Of a stretch of 64,000 nucleotides of DNA, positions 39,976 through 51,342 are shown one piece after another. This DNA is from a bacterium (GTDB taxonomy: Bacteria; CLD3; SB21), in the NCBI GenBank assembly GCA_013360215.1, contig JABWCP010000001.1, forward strand, positions 215,144 through 279,143, given 5' to 3'. Within the stretch, counting starts at the first letter, position 1; each line of letters starts with the position of its first letter. The notes under the pieces were generated by a model. It had not been told where the DNA came from. It was given only the letters and a program-made list of their open reading frames with translations, and did no database searches. The position numbers were made by a program, and so were the translations under genes.

Positions 39976-40776
39976 TTAAGCATTATCAACGATGGAAGTT
40001 GCAAGCACCTTACGCATTTCCTCTTCGGGTTCGAGACGACGTTCGACCATAAAATCCTTAATAATACGGCCGTCACGAAAAACAACATTGCGTTTACAAT
40101 ATTGTGCAATATCGTTTTCATGTGTCACAAGTACGATCGTAATACCTTGATCGTTGAGACGCATAAAAATCTGCATGATTTCGATGCTCGTTTTACTGTC
40201 CAGGTTCCCGGTTGGTTCGTCGGCGAGAATCATGGATGGATGTGCCGCCAAAGCACGCGCAATCGCAACACGCTGTTGTTGTCCACCGGAAAGTTCGTTG
40301 GGTTTGTGATCATAACGTTTTTCCAGGCCTACCGCTTTAAGCGCTTCCATGGCACGATCGTGCCGTTCTTTGGGAGCTACGCCTTGATAGAGCATCGGCA
40401 ATTCCACGTTTTCGATAGCACTCGTACGCGACAATAGATTGAACCCCTGAAAAACAAATCCGATTTTAAAACTACGTATGCGCGCCAGATCGGTTTTGGT
40501 CATATGACCTGTGGATACGCCGTCTAAAAGGTATTCCCCGGATGTCGGTTGGTCGAGGCATCCAAGCGTATTCATAAATGTTGATTTGCCCGATCCGGAA
40601 GACCCCATGATCGCAACAAATTCACCTTCGTAAATATCCAGCGATACACCGCGTAAGGCCATCACCTCGATGTCACCCATTCGGTATGTTTTTTTGATGT
40701 TGCGAACGGATAACAATGGTTTGGATCCGGCACGCTCCATCAAAGGATGAAATATTTGTTGTGTAGGTTGACTCAT
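39976..40776 (-). CDS. ABC transporter ATP-binding protein (LolD/MacB-like)
   Basis: Motifs [18 protein letters not shown] and ADEPTGNLD. Confidence 0.93.
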   Translation of the reverse strand: MSQPTQQIFHPLMERAGSKPLLSVRNIKKTYRMGDIEVMALRGVSLDIYEGEFVAIMGSSGSGKSTFMNTLGCLDQPTSGEYLLDGVSTGHMTKTDLARIRSFKIGFVFQGFNLLSRTSAIENVELPMLYQGVAPKERHDRAMEALKAVGLEKRYDHKPNELSGGQQQRVAIARALAAHPSMILADEPTGNLDSKTSIEIMQIFMRLNDQGITIVLVTHENDIAQYCKRNVVFRDGRIIKDFMVERRLEPEEEMRKVLATSIVDNA

Positions 40777-40789
40777 ATTTAATGATGTA

Positions 40790-41947
40790 TTATTTCTTTG
40801 GTGCAAAGCGATCGCGTGCACTACCTGGTGCCGCAACAGTGCTGATGCCGGTTACCAATATCTGCTCTATTGTAAGTTGATCGCCTCGAATTTCGGTATA
40901 CTGGCCGTCCGTTAATCCCGGATCGACGATGATCGGCGCCAGTTCACCGGATTGTAATGCCCAAACCATTGCGCTGTTTTTTAGATCAAATTTATCGCCG
41001 TACATTGCCGAATATTTCTTGAATTGCTCCTGCGTCAGTGCCGGTTGAAATCGCAATGCCATATTTGGAACTTTTACCACATCTTTTTTGGTGTCAACGA
41101 TGATAGACAAATTGGCTGTCATGCCCGGCAACAATTTATTGTCGCGATTCTCTACTTCGATGATCACTTCATAGCTAACCAAGTTCTGTGTAGTAATCGG
41201 CTGCAAACGAACCTGTGCCACACGACCTTTAAATTTTTCATCCGGGTACGCATCCACATAAAAAGACACTTCTTGATTCACTTTTACTTTGCCGATATCC
41301 ACTTCATCGATCGTTGCCTCGACCTGAATTTTGCTGAGATCATTGGCAATGACAAAAAGAATCGGCGCCTGAAGACTTGCGGCGACAGTTTGTCCGACAT
41401 CCACATTGCGCGATATGACCACGCCGTCTATCGGAGAGACGATGGATGTATAGCGGAGCGATACTTCCGCACGATTATAGGCGGCCATAGCTTGTTTGTA
41501 TTGCGCTCCGGCCAAATTGTAATTAGTCAGCGCCTCATCTTTTTCCGATTGAGAAATCAATTTTCGATCAAAAAGTTCGGTAGCTCGATCGAGCGTTTTT
41601 TTCGATTGTTCTACTTGCGCTTTGGCCTTTTCCGCATTGGCTTCGGCTTCTAAAAGTTGTGCTTTTAAAAATGTAGGATCAATTTCGGCAATCTCCTGCC
41701 CTTTGCGCACCTTCTGATTAAAATCGGCAAAGATGCGTGAAATCGTGCCCGTGATCTGAGTACCGACTTGCACGCGCGTGACCGGATTGACTTTGCCGGT
41801 CGCCGTGATGACCACGGAAATATCGCCGCGCGTAACGGATTCCGTTTTATAACCCCCGGCAGCGGTTGATCCGCCCCACACAATCCATCCGAGGATTACG
41901 GCCACAAGCACGGCAATACCTCCGATGATCCATATTTTCTTATTCAT
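40790..41947 (-). CDS. Efflux periplasmic adaptor (MacA-like)
   Basis: Motifs VQVGTQITG, SPIDGVVISRNVDVGQTVAAS and PGMTA. Confidence 0.92.
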   Translation of the reverse strand: MNKKIWIIGGIAVLVAVILGWIVWGGSTAAGGYKTESVTRGDISVVITATGKVNPVTRVQVGTQITGTISRIFADFNQKVRKGQEIAEIDPTFLKAQLLEAEANAEKAKAQVEQSKKTLDRATELFDRKLISQSEKDEALTNYNLAGAQYKQAMAAYNRAEVSLRYTSIVSPIDGVVISRNVDVGQTVAASLQAPILFVIANDLSKIQVEATIDEVDIGKVKVNQEVSFYVDAYPDEKFKGRVAQVRLQPITTQNLVSYEVIIEVENRDNKLLPGMTANLSIIVDTKKDVVKVPNMALRFQPALTQEQFKKYSAMYGDKFDLKNSAMVWALQSGELAPIIVDPGLTDGQYTEIRGDQLTIEQILVTGISTVAAPGSARDRFAPKK

Positions 41948-41966
41948 GTATAGCTCCTAAAAACAA

Positions 41967-43322
41967 TTATTTTCGCAAAGTTCCGATTGTGCGCTGAAAA
42001 CGCGCCAGTTCGATTTTGTAATTATATAATGCTGTTGTACGTTCTATGCGCGCATTGGCTACTGAAAAATTGGCATCCGTCACTTCGATGGCTGAACCGA
42101 CACCGGTGTCAAATCGCCCCTCCGCCAGATTGAGATTACGCTCCGTTTGAGTAACTATACGCTCGGTTGATTTGTATCGTTCTTCCGCAAACTTCACACT
42201 GTAATATCTTTCCTGCACTTCCTGAGCAATGCGTTGTTTCGTAGTATTGTACTGCGAACTTGCAATACGAATCCCGCCTTGCGCTTCGGATATATCGGCA
42301 CGTACATTGAGGCCTTGAAAAATCGGAAACTCAAAATTCACGCCGATGTTATAACCGATCTTGAACTTGTCTTTTGTTTCCCCGGTAGTCAATGTGTTAC
42401 GCACGATATATGGGCCAAAACCACCCGAAGCTGTGATAATGGGATAATATTGGCTTTTGGCTGCACTCAATGCAGAACGCCATGCTTGGACTCGCATTTC
42501 CGAAGCCGCTACCTCACGACGTCCGGTAAACGCAGAATTGATAGATTCTCTGAGATTCGCGTTAAAAGCTACATAATTTTCATGAGACGCCACTTTATAA
42601 CTTGTTACGTCGTCCGTCCAATCGGCCACGCCCATAGCGCTATTGAGGCTTACTTTTGCTAATTGTAATTTTCCTCGCGCATTCGTCAATTCAAGTTCAG
42701 CGTTAGAAACTTCAAGCTCCGCTTTATAAACTTCCGACTCTGGAATTTTTCCTACGGCAAAAAAACCACGCGCACGCTCTAAGTGTTTTCGCGATTGCGT
42801 TACTCGCTCCTCATTGATTTTTAAAATTTGTTGCGCAAGCACGTAGTTGTAATAACTCGTATGAACATTGAGTATCACATCATCTTCGGTAGCTTGCAGA
42901 GACATCTCAGCAGCGCGAATTAATTTGCTTTTGGATTCGAGCGATTTATCCGTACGACCAAAATCATAAATCGGTTGTTTGACGGTAAGTCGTATGGTGG
43001 GAATAAAATCCGTGTTGTTTTTAGGTTCGATCACCGGTGCCTGAGCTATTGCATTGGAAGACCCAAGAGGTGTATTGGTCACATAAGCCCCTGCTTCCAT
43101 TTGAATCTGCGGAAAACGAAGTGAGCGCACCTGCGTATAATCGGATTCGGCCGTGATAATAGCACCTTGCGCTGCACCGAGAGCCGGTTGATTTTTGAGA
43201 GCAATCTCAATACAGCGATCAAGCGTAAGCGTGTCCTCTGTCGAAATGGTAATAACTTCTTGCGACCATCCGCTCCGCGCGGCCAATATTACCCACACAA
43301 AAATAAATTTCATACAACGCAT
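41967..43322 (-). CDS. TolC family outer membrane efflux protein
   Basis: Two OEP repeats, QPIYDFG and FPIFQG. Confidence 0.9.
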   Translation of the reverse strand: MRCMKFIFVWVILAARSGWSQEVITISTEDTLTLDRCIEIALKNQPALGAAQGAIITAESDYTQVRSLRFPQIQMEAGAYVTNTPLGSSNAIAQAPVIEPKNNTDFIPTIRLTVKQPIYDFGRTDKSLESKSKLIRAAEMSLQATEDDVILNVHTSYYNYVLAQQILKINEERVTQSRKHLERARGFFAVGKIPESEVYKAELEVSNAELELTNARGKLQLAKVSLNSAMGVADWTDDVTSYKVASHENYVAFNANLRESINSAFTGRREVAASEMRVQAWRSALSAAKSQYYPIITASGGFGPYIVRNTLTTGETKDKFKIGYNIGVNFEFPIFQGLNVRADISEAQGGIRIASSQYNTTKQRIAQEVQERYYSVKFAEERYKSTERIVTQTERNLNLAEGRFDTGVGSAIEVTDANFSVANARIERTTALYNYKIELARFQRTIGTLRK

Positions 43323-43357
43323 GTTTTTTCCTTTGAGTAACGATTCAGTCTTTGATC

Positions 43358-43374
43358 TACAAACCCCATGCCAA
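43358..43374 (-). promoter_or_regulatory. Possible sigma54 promoter of the tolC-macAB operon
   Basis: TTGGCAT-N5-TTGT on the minus strand; palindrome TTTCACA-g-TGTGAAA about 80-95 nt upstream. Confidence 0.4.
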
Positions 43375-43469
43375 ACGTTATTTTGATAAACCCATATTTT
43401 ACACCGTGAAAATACTAATATTAATTTCTATTGCAATACTTCACATGCTTAATTTTCACAGTGTGAAAT

Positions 43470-44249
43470 TCAGTGGGTCATTCCGAAAATGCGTCGGGCG
43501 TTAGCTGAAGTGATCGACTCGGTTTCACCCACTGTCCATTTGTTTATTTCACTTAACTTTTCGGCCGTAAAACGTAAATTTGCCGACTCATTACGTTTTC
43601 CGCGGTGCGGAACCGGTGTCAAAAATGGCGCATCCGTTTCGATCAAAATACGATCGTGCGGTATCATAGGAATGATGGAAGGCAGATGGCTTTTTTTATA
43701 GGTAATGTTCCCTGAAAAAGAGATATAAAAATTCAAATCCAGCGCTTGTTTTACAGCCTCTGCATCACCGGAAAAGCAATGCATTATTCCTCTTAAATTA
43801 CTCAATTTCCCGTTTTCCTTCTCCTCCTGCAGTACGCTGATGATATCGTGATTGGCTTCTCTGTTATGAATAATGATCGGCTTGTCATAAACACACGCCA
43901 TTCTGATAAAAGAACGGAATAGGGGGAGTTGTTGCTCCGGTGCCGCTTCCTTCCAATAATAGTCAAGCCCCGTTTCGCCGACAGCCACGCACTTGGGATG
44001 TTGTATCAGTTTTTCATAGTGCGGCATCATAGATGATTGGTATGTATGAGCATCGGCAGGATGATGCGCTACGGCAAAAAAAACGAAGTCATACTTTTCA
44101 GCAATCGTTTTAGCTCGTTCAGCCGATTGTAAATTGGTACCGATAGTCACGATCGTATCTACTCCCGCTTCGCGCGCACGTGCGATCATCGCTTCGCGGT
44201 CATCGTCAAACAAATCGTAATCCAGATGCGCATGCGTATCAAACAACAT
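43470..44249 (-). CDS. tatD: TatD family nuclease
   Basis: Motifs DTHAHL, GETGLDY, IHNREA, MHCFSG and ETDAPFL. Confidence 0.93.
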   Translation of the reverse strand: MLFDTHAHLDYDLFDDDREAMIARAREAGVDTIVTIGTNLQSAERAKTIAEKYDFVFFAVAHHPADAHTYQSSMMPHYEKLIQHPKCVAVGETGLDYYWKEAAPEQQLPLFRSFIRMACVYDKPIIIHNREANHDIISVLQEEKENGKLSNLRGIMHCFSGDAEAVKQALDLNFYISFSGNITYKKSHLPSIIPMIPHDRILIETDAPFLTPVPHRGKRNESANLRFTAEKLSEINKWTVGETESITSANARRIFGMTH

Positions 44250-44253
44250 AGAA

Positions 44254-47200
44254 TCAGTATTCTTTCCGGAAGTAGAGCAGAAGGTTAAAAATGTCGGGTT
44301 GATCCGTTTTTTCCTGCGGTGGTTGCTTATATTCAAATTCGAGTGTTTTTTTCCAGGATTTTAAAAATTTGCGAACACCCCACACGCTATCGGCCACAAC
44401 TTCCAATGTGATGGATCGTCCGACAGTAGGGTCCGTACCGCCTGAAAAATTTACCGAAACTGTTTCACTGATGCGTTTGCCAACCTCGATCGTTGCCTTG
44501 CTCGCATCCGACGTGCTGGGTATGTATTCCAATTTTGATAATCCGGCCTTGTTGGCTACGATATTCAACACTTGATTGATCGCTGTTTGCTGCACAATAT
44601 CTTTTGCTTGCGACGCATCCACCTTGGCCAAATCTTTAGTCTTTACCCCGAGTACCAGGTAAGACAAAATATCCGCGGGCTCTGTCAAATCCGGCAATGG
44701 TGAATCTTCCGTTCCGCGTTCGACGGCCGAAATGGCCACTTCCGGTTTGAGTAATTTACCGGTTACCTGAATGCGTGCTTCGGCAGGAATACTTTGACCT
44801 TCCGAATCTTTGTATTCAAATCGCTTCTTAGCGACGATATCCAAATTTGGATTGACTCCGGGTTCACCCGTAAATACGATGTCGCCTTTTTCGATATTAA
44901 ACGCAATACTCAGATAAGCATATTTCCCACCCGGACGCGTTTTCACGTCACCGCTTAGGAAAAATTCTTCGGATTCCGGTGGTTTGGTTACACCGATATT
45001 CCCATAGAGCGTAAGTAACATTTCCGCGCTTCGAATCGCATTATCCGCATTTTCCGGCAAATCAATATTGACATCTAAATCTAGATTTTTGTAAAAATCA
45101 ATGGAGTGCTTCTCGCCTTTTTTAGCTGGTGCTGACGCCGTGGCTAACTTGGCTTTACGAGGGTCCACGACCCAAATTTCAGAATTATTAATCACCAGAT
45201 CACCCGAAATCTGCGTATAATATAGCGTGGGCGCTTTAACTGTCATTTTACCTGATATAGAAGCCGTATGAAGATACGAGGTTTCTGATTTCGTATTGAT
45301 AGGTACAAAGTCAGTAAACTGTGCATTGATGAGATAGCTTATTTTATCAACGTTTTCAAATTTGAAGTCCTTGAGGACATCGCCGAGATCCACCGAACCT
45401 TGCGCAAAAAGCCTCGAACGCGGATCTTTCCCCGATTGGACAAATAACGTATCCAAAAAAACACGCTCCGGCGTCAATTTGACATACATACTGATATTTC
45501 TAAAAGTCTGCCCCAAAGTTGATCGCGGAAACGTAATTTGACCGCCTTCTATTTTAACTTCACCTTCCAGTTTTGGTTTTTCTTTATTGCCACTGATCGT
45601 CATATCTACTTTGATATCACCACGATTGAGGCGAAGCGACCGCCCAAAAAAAGACTGCAAAAACCGCAAATCAATACCTTCGCTGTGCATCTTAAAATTC
45701 ATCGGGCGATTGGTAAAACGTTCTTTGACATCTTTAAACGAAAGATCTATCGGTACATATCCGCCCATCGTAAGCGATTTTTCTGAATTTTGATTGAGCG
45801 TCATATTGACCTGAATTTTGCGATTCAGATACTGCATGTTTCCGAGAAAGTTTTCATACGTAAATTCGGAGGCTTTACCTTTGGTGATACTCCAGTCGGC
45901 CAAAATTACCGGTTTCTCAAATGTACCTTTGAGGCTCGCCGTCATATTGAGAATACCTTCGACAACCGATTGTTTGGAACCTATCAAAGCATTGGCGCGC
46001 GACAAATCCAAATCCTTGAGCTTAATATCAAGATTTTGATCGCCGGCTATGTCCGCTTTACCGGCCAGGCTTACTGATCCACGTCCGATGTCTAAATTGA
46101 AATTTCTAAACTCATACTGATTTTTTTCGATGTCAAAAAATATGTCAACAGGCTGACTGTTCTTCCACGACTCCGTCCACCGCTCAAATGTCGTATCAAT
46201 CATTGCATCTTCGCCGAGTTTTTGTGATACTTCCCGTGTCCGCATGGACTTACCGTTGATCTTGAGGAAGAGTTCATCAAAAAACAACTCACCTCGTTTT
46301 TCATTTTCCAAAACTAAACTTCCGCGCACACTCGCAAAAGCATCGGCCGTATCCTGCGATCCGGAAACCTCAAATAATGTACGGCCTTTTTCTTTGGTTA
46401 TAGATGTGGTAAAGTCCCTAAAAACCATACCTTCCATATTGACCATGTGGGTATACAAAAAAACATCGCCGATAATGGTGGTATCTTCGCGGCGAAAATC
46501 CAATGCGCGTGCTAATTGGTTGGGCGAAAGATTATCAAAAAAATAACTAAACTGCATGGAATCAATTGTGATACCGGAAAAAATAAAATTGGTCAGAGTC
46601 AAAAAACCGGCCGTCGTCATTTTATTGGGCGTTCCGCGAAGGCTTCCGTTATACTTTAATTTCAAGTTCAGTGAATCTTTGAGTAAACTATCATTACCCA
46701 AATATTTTTTTAGAAGCGTGAAATCAACAGTCTCCATCGTGTATTTGAGGTTGACTGACGAATCTAACCCCACCGAACCCGAAGCCGTAACATTGGCCAG
46801 CGGTGTTCTTAGTTTTACTTCGTTGAGTGTCAAGCGACCGTTCTGCTGACTGGCATCAAATGTAAGATTTTGAAGTTCGCGGCCTAAAATTTTTGACGAA
46901 TCCGAAACCACGCGCACTTGGCCTTTGGCCGTTTTAGGGTTGAGGCCTTTGCCGTCATAGGCTAGCGAAAGATTGATTGAGCTCTGCAGCGATGTGTCAC
47001 CGACGACATCCGCGATATTGATCGAACGTAACCGTGTTTGAAGGTGGTACGTTTCATCAATTAGATTATAATATCCATCGCAATTAAAATTCCCGGCTGT
47101 TGTTATTCCCTCAAATTTAGTCAATTGAGCTTTCCCATTTTGCACGTCCGCGTTGATCGTAAAGCGATCAATGCCAATCCCGTAAGCTTTGGATTTGACT

Positions 47201-48411
47201 AATTGGAGTTCGAGTTTACTCGTTAGAGTTTTAGGCTCTATACCCGCACCCTCAGCACGAATATGTCCGTTGATATTGGTAAAAAGATCAGGATTATCCG
47301 CAAAAGCAGCCGCATTGATACCCAAAAACTCAAGCTCGGTTACATAACGCAATGGTTCGTCGGCGCCAAAATGTACGTCTGCAAATCCACGTAATGTACC
47401 GGCCGGTGTATGAATGCGCAGATCACTGATGGTTGCAGTTCTATCATTGCCTGTGGCGAGCGCTTCAAATTCGATCTTATCAATGTTCCGCATTTGAACA
47501 GGTGCAAACCTGCGAATATCCGAAAGATGTAAAGGCTGTGTTTTAATGTCGGCTGTATATTGTAAAGCAATACCCCGCGCACTGTCCGGTAGCAGGAATC
47601 GTCCTTTGACATACACATCCGTCTGGTCAGTAACAAATCGAAATTCATTGATATCCAACCATAACGAATCCCGTTTTTCCGGATGATTGATCTGATAATA
47701 CAATGAACGCGCTAATAAGTGGGCTGAAACGTCCAATCCGATATTTTTGATATCAAGCGAATCCGTTTTGACTGTTTCTTTAGCTTTGTTCAATTTGTTT
47801 TTAGTCAAAAGAAACGCTAACTGATCCAGTTTAATATTTTGTTTATTGGGTGACGCTTTGACGTTCATACGTACATTAAGATTTTGAAGTGCACCGTCAA
47901 AAGCAGGTAGTTGGACTTTTACGTGACCTTCCTCTATTGAGAACTCATCCAAATTAATGGTAAAACCAGCCAGAGGTTCCGCCGCGCTATCTACTGGCTC
48001 CGGTTCTATAGGTTTGGCTAAACGTGCCAGATTGATTACCCCGTTGGTATCGCCGATAGCGTGAATAAAAGGTTTACGGATACGAATATGGTCAACTTGA
48101 ATTTGTTTATTGAAAATCGCCAAAGGAGAAATGGCCACATCTACAGATTCAAACGCCAATACGGAGGTATCACCAAAAGCGATCCGCCCGTCAAATACGC
48201 TTATGTGCGTGAGAAAATTACCTTCGATTTTGCCTATAGTTAGTTTCGCGTAGAGTGATTTATTAGCAATGCGTTCGATCTCTCCGCGCAAAATATTCTT
48301 GACCCATGGCAACTGAATGGCCGCAAGAACAAGCCCGATGAGAAGTACGATAGATACAACCGTACCGATTATAATTTTGAGAGTGTTGCGAAGTGCCAGT
48401 TTTAATGTCAT
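44254..48411 (-). CDS. tamB: Translocation/assembly module TamB (AsmA-like) protein
   Basis: N-terminal anchor, long beta-rich body and C-terminal NPNLDI...ILSYLVLG. Confidence 0.82.
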   Translation of the reverse strand: MTLKLALRNTLKIIIGTVVSIVLLIGLVLAAIQLPWVKNILRGEIERIANKSLYAKLTIGKIEGNFLTHISVFDGRIAFGDTSVLAFESVDVAISPLAIFNKQIQVDHIRIRKPFIHAIGDTNGVINLARLAKPIEPEPVDSAAEPLAGFTINLDEFSIEEGHVKVQLPAFDGALQNLNVRMNVKASPNKQNIKLDQLAFLLTKNKLNKAKETVKTDSLDIKNIGLDVSAHLLARSLYYQINHPEKRDSLWLDINEFRFVTDQTDVYVKGRFLLPDSARGIALQYTADIKTQPLHLSDIRRFAPVQMRNIDKIEFEALATGNDRTATISDLRIHTPAGTLRGFADVHFGADEPLRYVTELEFLGINAAAFADNPDLFTNINGHIRAEGAGIEPKTLTSKLELQLVKSKAYGIGIDRFTINADVQNGKAQLTKFEGITTAGNFNCDGYYNLIDETYHLQTRLRSINIADVVGDTSLQSSINLSLAYDGKGLNPKTAKGQVRVVSDSSKILGRELQNLTFDASQQNGRLTLNEVKLRTPLANVTASGSVGLDSSVNLKYTMETVDFTLLKKYLGNDSLLKDSLNLKLKYNGSLRGTPNKMTTAGFLTLTNFIFSGITIDSMQFSYFFDNLSPNQLARALDFRREDTTIIGDVFLYTHMVNMEGMVFRDFTTSITKEKGRTLFEVSGSQDTADAFASVRGSLVLENEKRGELFFDELFLKINGKSMRTREVSQKLGEDAMIDTTFERWTESWKNSQPVDIFFDIEKNQYEFRNFNLDIGRGSVSLAGKADIAGDQNLDIKLKDLDLSRANALIGSKQSVVEGILNMTASLKGTFEKPVILADWSITKGKASEFTYENFLGNMQYLNRKIQVNMTLNQNSEKSLTMGGYVPIDLSFKDVKERFTNRPMNFKMHSEGIDLRFLQSFFGRSLRLNRGDIKVDMTISGNKEKPKLEGEVKIEGGQITFPRSTLGQTFRNISMYVKLTPERVFLDTLFVQSGKDPRSRLFAQGSVDLGDVLKDFKFENVDKISYLINAQFTDFVPINTKSETSYLHTASISGKMTVKAPTLYYTQISGDLVINNSEIWVVDPRKAKLATASAPAKKGEKHSIDFYKNLDLDVNIDLPENADNAIRSAEMLLTLYGNIGVTKPPESEEFFLSGDVKTRPGGKYAYLSIAFNIEKGDIVFTGEPGVNPNLDIVAKKRFEYKDSEGQSIPAEARIQVTGKLLKPEVAISAVERGTEDSPLPDLTEPADILSYLVLGVKTKDLAKVDASQAKDIVQQTAINQVLNIVANKAGLSKLEYIPSTSDASKATIEVGKRISETVSVNFSGGTDPTVGRSITLEVVADSVWGVRKFLKSWKKTLEFEYKQPPQEKTDQPDIFNLLLYFRKEY

Positions 48412-48550
48412 ATCAAAAATTATTAATGAAAACCGTGGCGGAAACTACAAAAAATACTTCTCACTTTCAAACGATTTACCTACAAAATTGTTTTGTCTTT
48501 TATCCGTGTATGTATATTTTTCAACATCATGATGTAAATTCGGAGAACGC

Positions 48551-49624
48551 ATGTATCAATCTATTATCAGACCTATTCTTTTTCGATTTGACCCTGAAGT
48601 TGTGCACGAAACCATATCACGCGGGCTATTTGCAAGCGAGCCGTTACTTAGACATATAAATTTCTTATTCTGTAATAATTCCTCTGTCCTTTCGCAGACC
48701 CTACATGATATTAATTTTACAAACCCTATAGGACTGGCGGCCGGTTTTGATAAGTATGGCATGGGTGTTCCGGTTTGGCCGCATTTGGGTTTCGGTTTTG
48801 CTGAGATCGGTACGATAACCGGGCAAGCACAAGATGGCAACCCGCGGCCTCGTTTATTCAGGTTACCGGAAAACAAGGCACTAATCAATCGCTTTGGCTT
48901 TAATAATCATGGCGCTGATCAGACTGCACAGACTCTTGCGCAGTGGAAACGTGAAAATACGTTGCACCGAATACCTCTCGGCATCAATATCGGTAAAACA
49001 AAAATTGTTTCGCTTGATCACGCTGTCGAAGATTACGCTTATACGTTTTCCCGTTTGTTTGATTACGGCGATTATTTTGTCGTCAATGTGAGCTCACCCA
49101 ATACGCCCAATCTGCGCAAACTTCAGGACAAAGCTTTTCTCGATGCGATATTTTCGTCCCTCATGAAGATAAACCGTGAGCAAAGCGGTAGCAAACTGCT
49201 TAAACCGCTGTTTGTCAAAATAGCGCCGGACCTTACACTTTCACAGATTGACGATGTGTTAAGTTCAATTGAAAACCACAAATTACATGGTATCATTGCA
49301 ACCAATACGACGATAACGCGTGAAAATATAAATTCGAGATACGCAGGTGAAACCGGAGGATTGAGCGGATTTCCACTCCGTGGTATGTCAACGGAGATTA
49401 TACGTTACATTCACAAAGTTACATCGGGAAAGCTGACGATTATCGGCGCCGGAGGTGTTTTTACAGCTGAAGATGCGTATGAAAAAATAAAAGCCGGTGC
49501 GTCATTAATACAAATATATACCGGATTTATCTATGAGGGGCCACGTTTTTGTCATAATCTAAATGCTGGTTTATTAAAACTTATGAAACGTGATGGAATC
49601 AATTCTATAAAAAATATCAATTGA
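48551..49624 (+). CDS. pyrD: Quinone-dependent dihydroorotate dehydrogenase
   Basis: Motifs GLAAGFDK, INRFGFNN, NVSSPNT and GGLSG. Confidence 0.96.
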   Translation: MYQSIIRPILFRFDPEVVHETISRGLFASEPLLRHINFLFCNNSSVLSQTLHDINFTNPIGLAAGFDKYGMGVPVWPHLGFGFAEIGTITGQAQDGNPRPRLFRLPENKALINRFGFNNHGADQTAQTLAQWKRENTLHRIPLGINIGKTKIVSLDHAVEDYAYTFSRLFDYGDYFVVNVSSPNTPNLRKLQDKAFLDAIFSSLMKINREQSGSKLLKPLFVKIAPDLTLSQIDDVLSSIENHKLHGIIATNTTITRENINSRYAGETGGLSGFPLRGMSTEIIRYIHKVTSGKLTIIGAGGVFTAEDAYEKIKAGASLIQIYTGFIYEGPRFCHNLNAGLLKLMKRDGINSIKNIN

Positions 49625-49677
49625 GATGATAAATATATTAGATATGCTTATAGTATTTGGTTTGACAGTTTGATATT

Positions 49678-49713
49678 TAAATGACCTTCTGTAGCGTTAC
49701 AGAAGGTCATTTA
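49678..49713. terminator. Bidirectional terminator between convergent genes
   Basis: Perfect 16-bp stem TAAATGACCTTCTGTA/TACAGAAGGTCATTTA. Confidence 0.8.
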
Positions 49714-49763
49714 TAATACTAATTTCCAATACTTACGAATACCATTTAAACCTTATGTTATTG

Positions 49764-50564
49764 TTAGTAGGACATTGAGATACTCAATCCAATTACTTTT
49801 CCCATACCATTTGAAATTTCTTCATCCATTGGAATTTTTAAAAATAGCCCCGGTCGTATCCGATCATGTTTCAAATAAGCCGAAACTTCAACGGTGCTAA
49901 GATGCCGATCTGAAATATTACCATCTTCAGTAAAGATAACTACACCTTCGTAACCCATGGATGCCCCGAATTTTTCCAAATCCAATCCGCAGTACACTCC
50001 ATAATTCGCCCATAAATCTGTCGGATCTTCAACTTCACTATCAGTAAAATGTGACACCGAAGTACCCAATCGAAACCCCATATACGATCCTTTATCCATA
50101 ATTTTATGACGTTGAACCATTATTGAACCTGTAATAACGTCTGCACCGTAGGCATACATTCGCTCATAGTCTGCAGAACCACCAATAAGATTAGCTAGAA
50201 ACTTGTCGTCACTCGCTGTAGGTAGCCTGAGACCTATATCCGTAAACCATTCATCATTGTTGTTCATTCGAAATCCGAGGTAGATATTAGACAAAGCAAA
50301 TTCATCTTCTTTAAAACCATTTCGTTCATATGAAAAATTACAGAATGGCACTTCAATTCGAACGGCACTTCCGGAGGCCAAAGTCGTCTGAAATGTTATG
50401 TCGTATAATCCTGTTATTGCATTGTAACCTTTTGAATCAAAATCGGGGTGATAAAAATCAATTGAAAATTTACCACGAGTTGTCGGATTCATCCAATCCA
50501 TTTGTGCGTGGGTGATATGTACCACACCTAAAATTAACAATAATAGGAACATTGTTTTTTTCAT
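49764..50564 (-). CDS. Hypothetical outer-membrane beta-barrel protein
   Basis: Signal peptide, SNIYLG...GLRLPTA and a C-terminal aromatic residue. Confidence 0.65.
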   Translation of the reverse strand: MKKTMFLLLLILGVVHITHAQMDWMNPTTRGKFSIDFYHPDFDSKGYNAITGLYDITFQTTLASGSAVRIEVPFCNFSYERNGFKEDEFALSNIYLGFRMNNNDEWFTDIGLRLPTASDDKFLANLIGGSADYERMYAYGADVITGSIMVQRHKIMDKGSYMGFRLGTSVSHFTDSEVEDPTDLWANYGVYCGLDLEKFGASMGYEGVVIFTEDGNISDRHLSTVEVSAYLKHDRIRPGLFLKIPMDEEISNGMGKVIGLSISMSY

Positions 50565-50650
50565 ACGTTCTCCCTTGAATGATTTTTTAAAAAATAGAGA
50601 CGACTTCTACAAACTTATAATATCCCAATCACACATTGCTTAAAGATTAT

Positions 50651-51334
50651 TCATCGTCCCGGCTTAGATATTGTCCCTTCAATGGATACATTAACAACAG
50701 ACGAATCCGTAGTTGCTGGGCCACTAATCCGCGCCCATGCTTGCACGGTAATCCTTTTGGATCCGTTCAAACCAGTAACATCCCAATCAAATGTGGTATT
50801 GTTAGTCAACGTCTTGCGGGAAAGCCGTTTGTTGTCAATATAACAAACCATACTATCAACCGACGACGCGGCAACATTTGTAACCTTAGCTTTTATTGAA
50901 TAAATACCTGCGCTAGCAGAGATAAATGCCGCATCCGTAGGTTGTGTGATTTCTACTATGGGTGTACCGATATTGGTGACTTTAATCGTGATATTTTTAC
51001 TGGTACTTTTGTTAGATTCATTGATAACTTTACTCTTTATTACGTAATCACCCGGTAAAAAAGGCGCCCTATAAGTTACTGTTGATCCATTAATAGCGCC
51101 CTCAAATGATCCCCCATTGTTGGTACTGATGGTCCAAACATAGTCCAACTGTTCATCGTTCAAATCGCGTGCTGAAACGGTTATGTTTGTTGTATCATTT
51201 ACAAGTATGGTATTTCTTGCAGCCGTGATGCCATCAATAACCGGAGCATCGGCACTAACGCTGTCCCCTATGGGTTGACATGCAGCAAAACAAAAAACAG
51301 TGATTGTTGATAAAAGTATTAAATTAAAGCGCAT
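50651..51334 (-). CDS. Lipoprotein with two Ig-like domains
   Basis: Lipobox FAAC; motifs SARDLNDEQLDYVW, PIVEITQP and FDWD. Confidence 0.72.
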   Translation of the reverse strand: MRFNLILLSTITVFCFAACQPIGDSVSADAPVIDGITAARNTILVNDTTNITVSARDLNDEQLDYVWTISTNNGGSFEGAINGSTVTYRAPFLPGDYVIKSKVINESNKSTSKNITIKVTNIGTPIVEITQPTDAAFISASAGIYSIKAKVTNVAASSVDSMVCYIDNKRLSRKTLTNNTTFDWDVTGLNGSKRITVQAWARISGPATTDSSVVNVSIEGTISKPGR

Positions 51335-51342
51335 TTTTCCTC

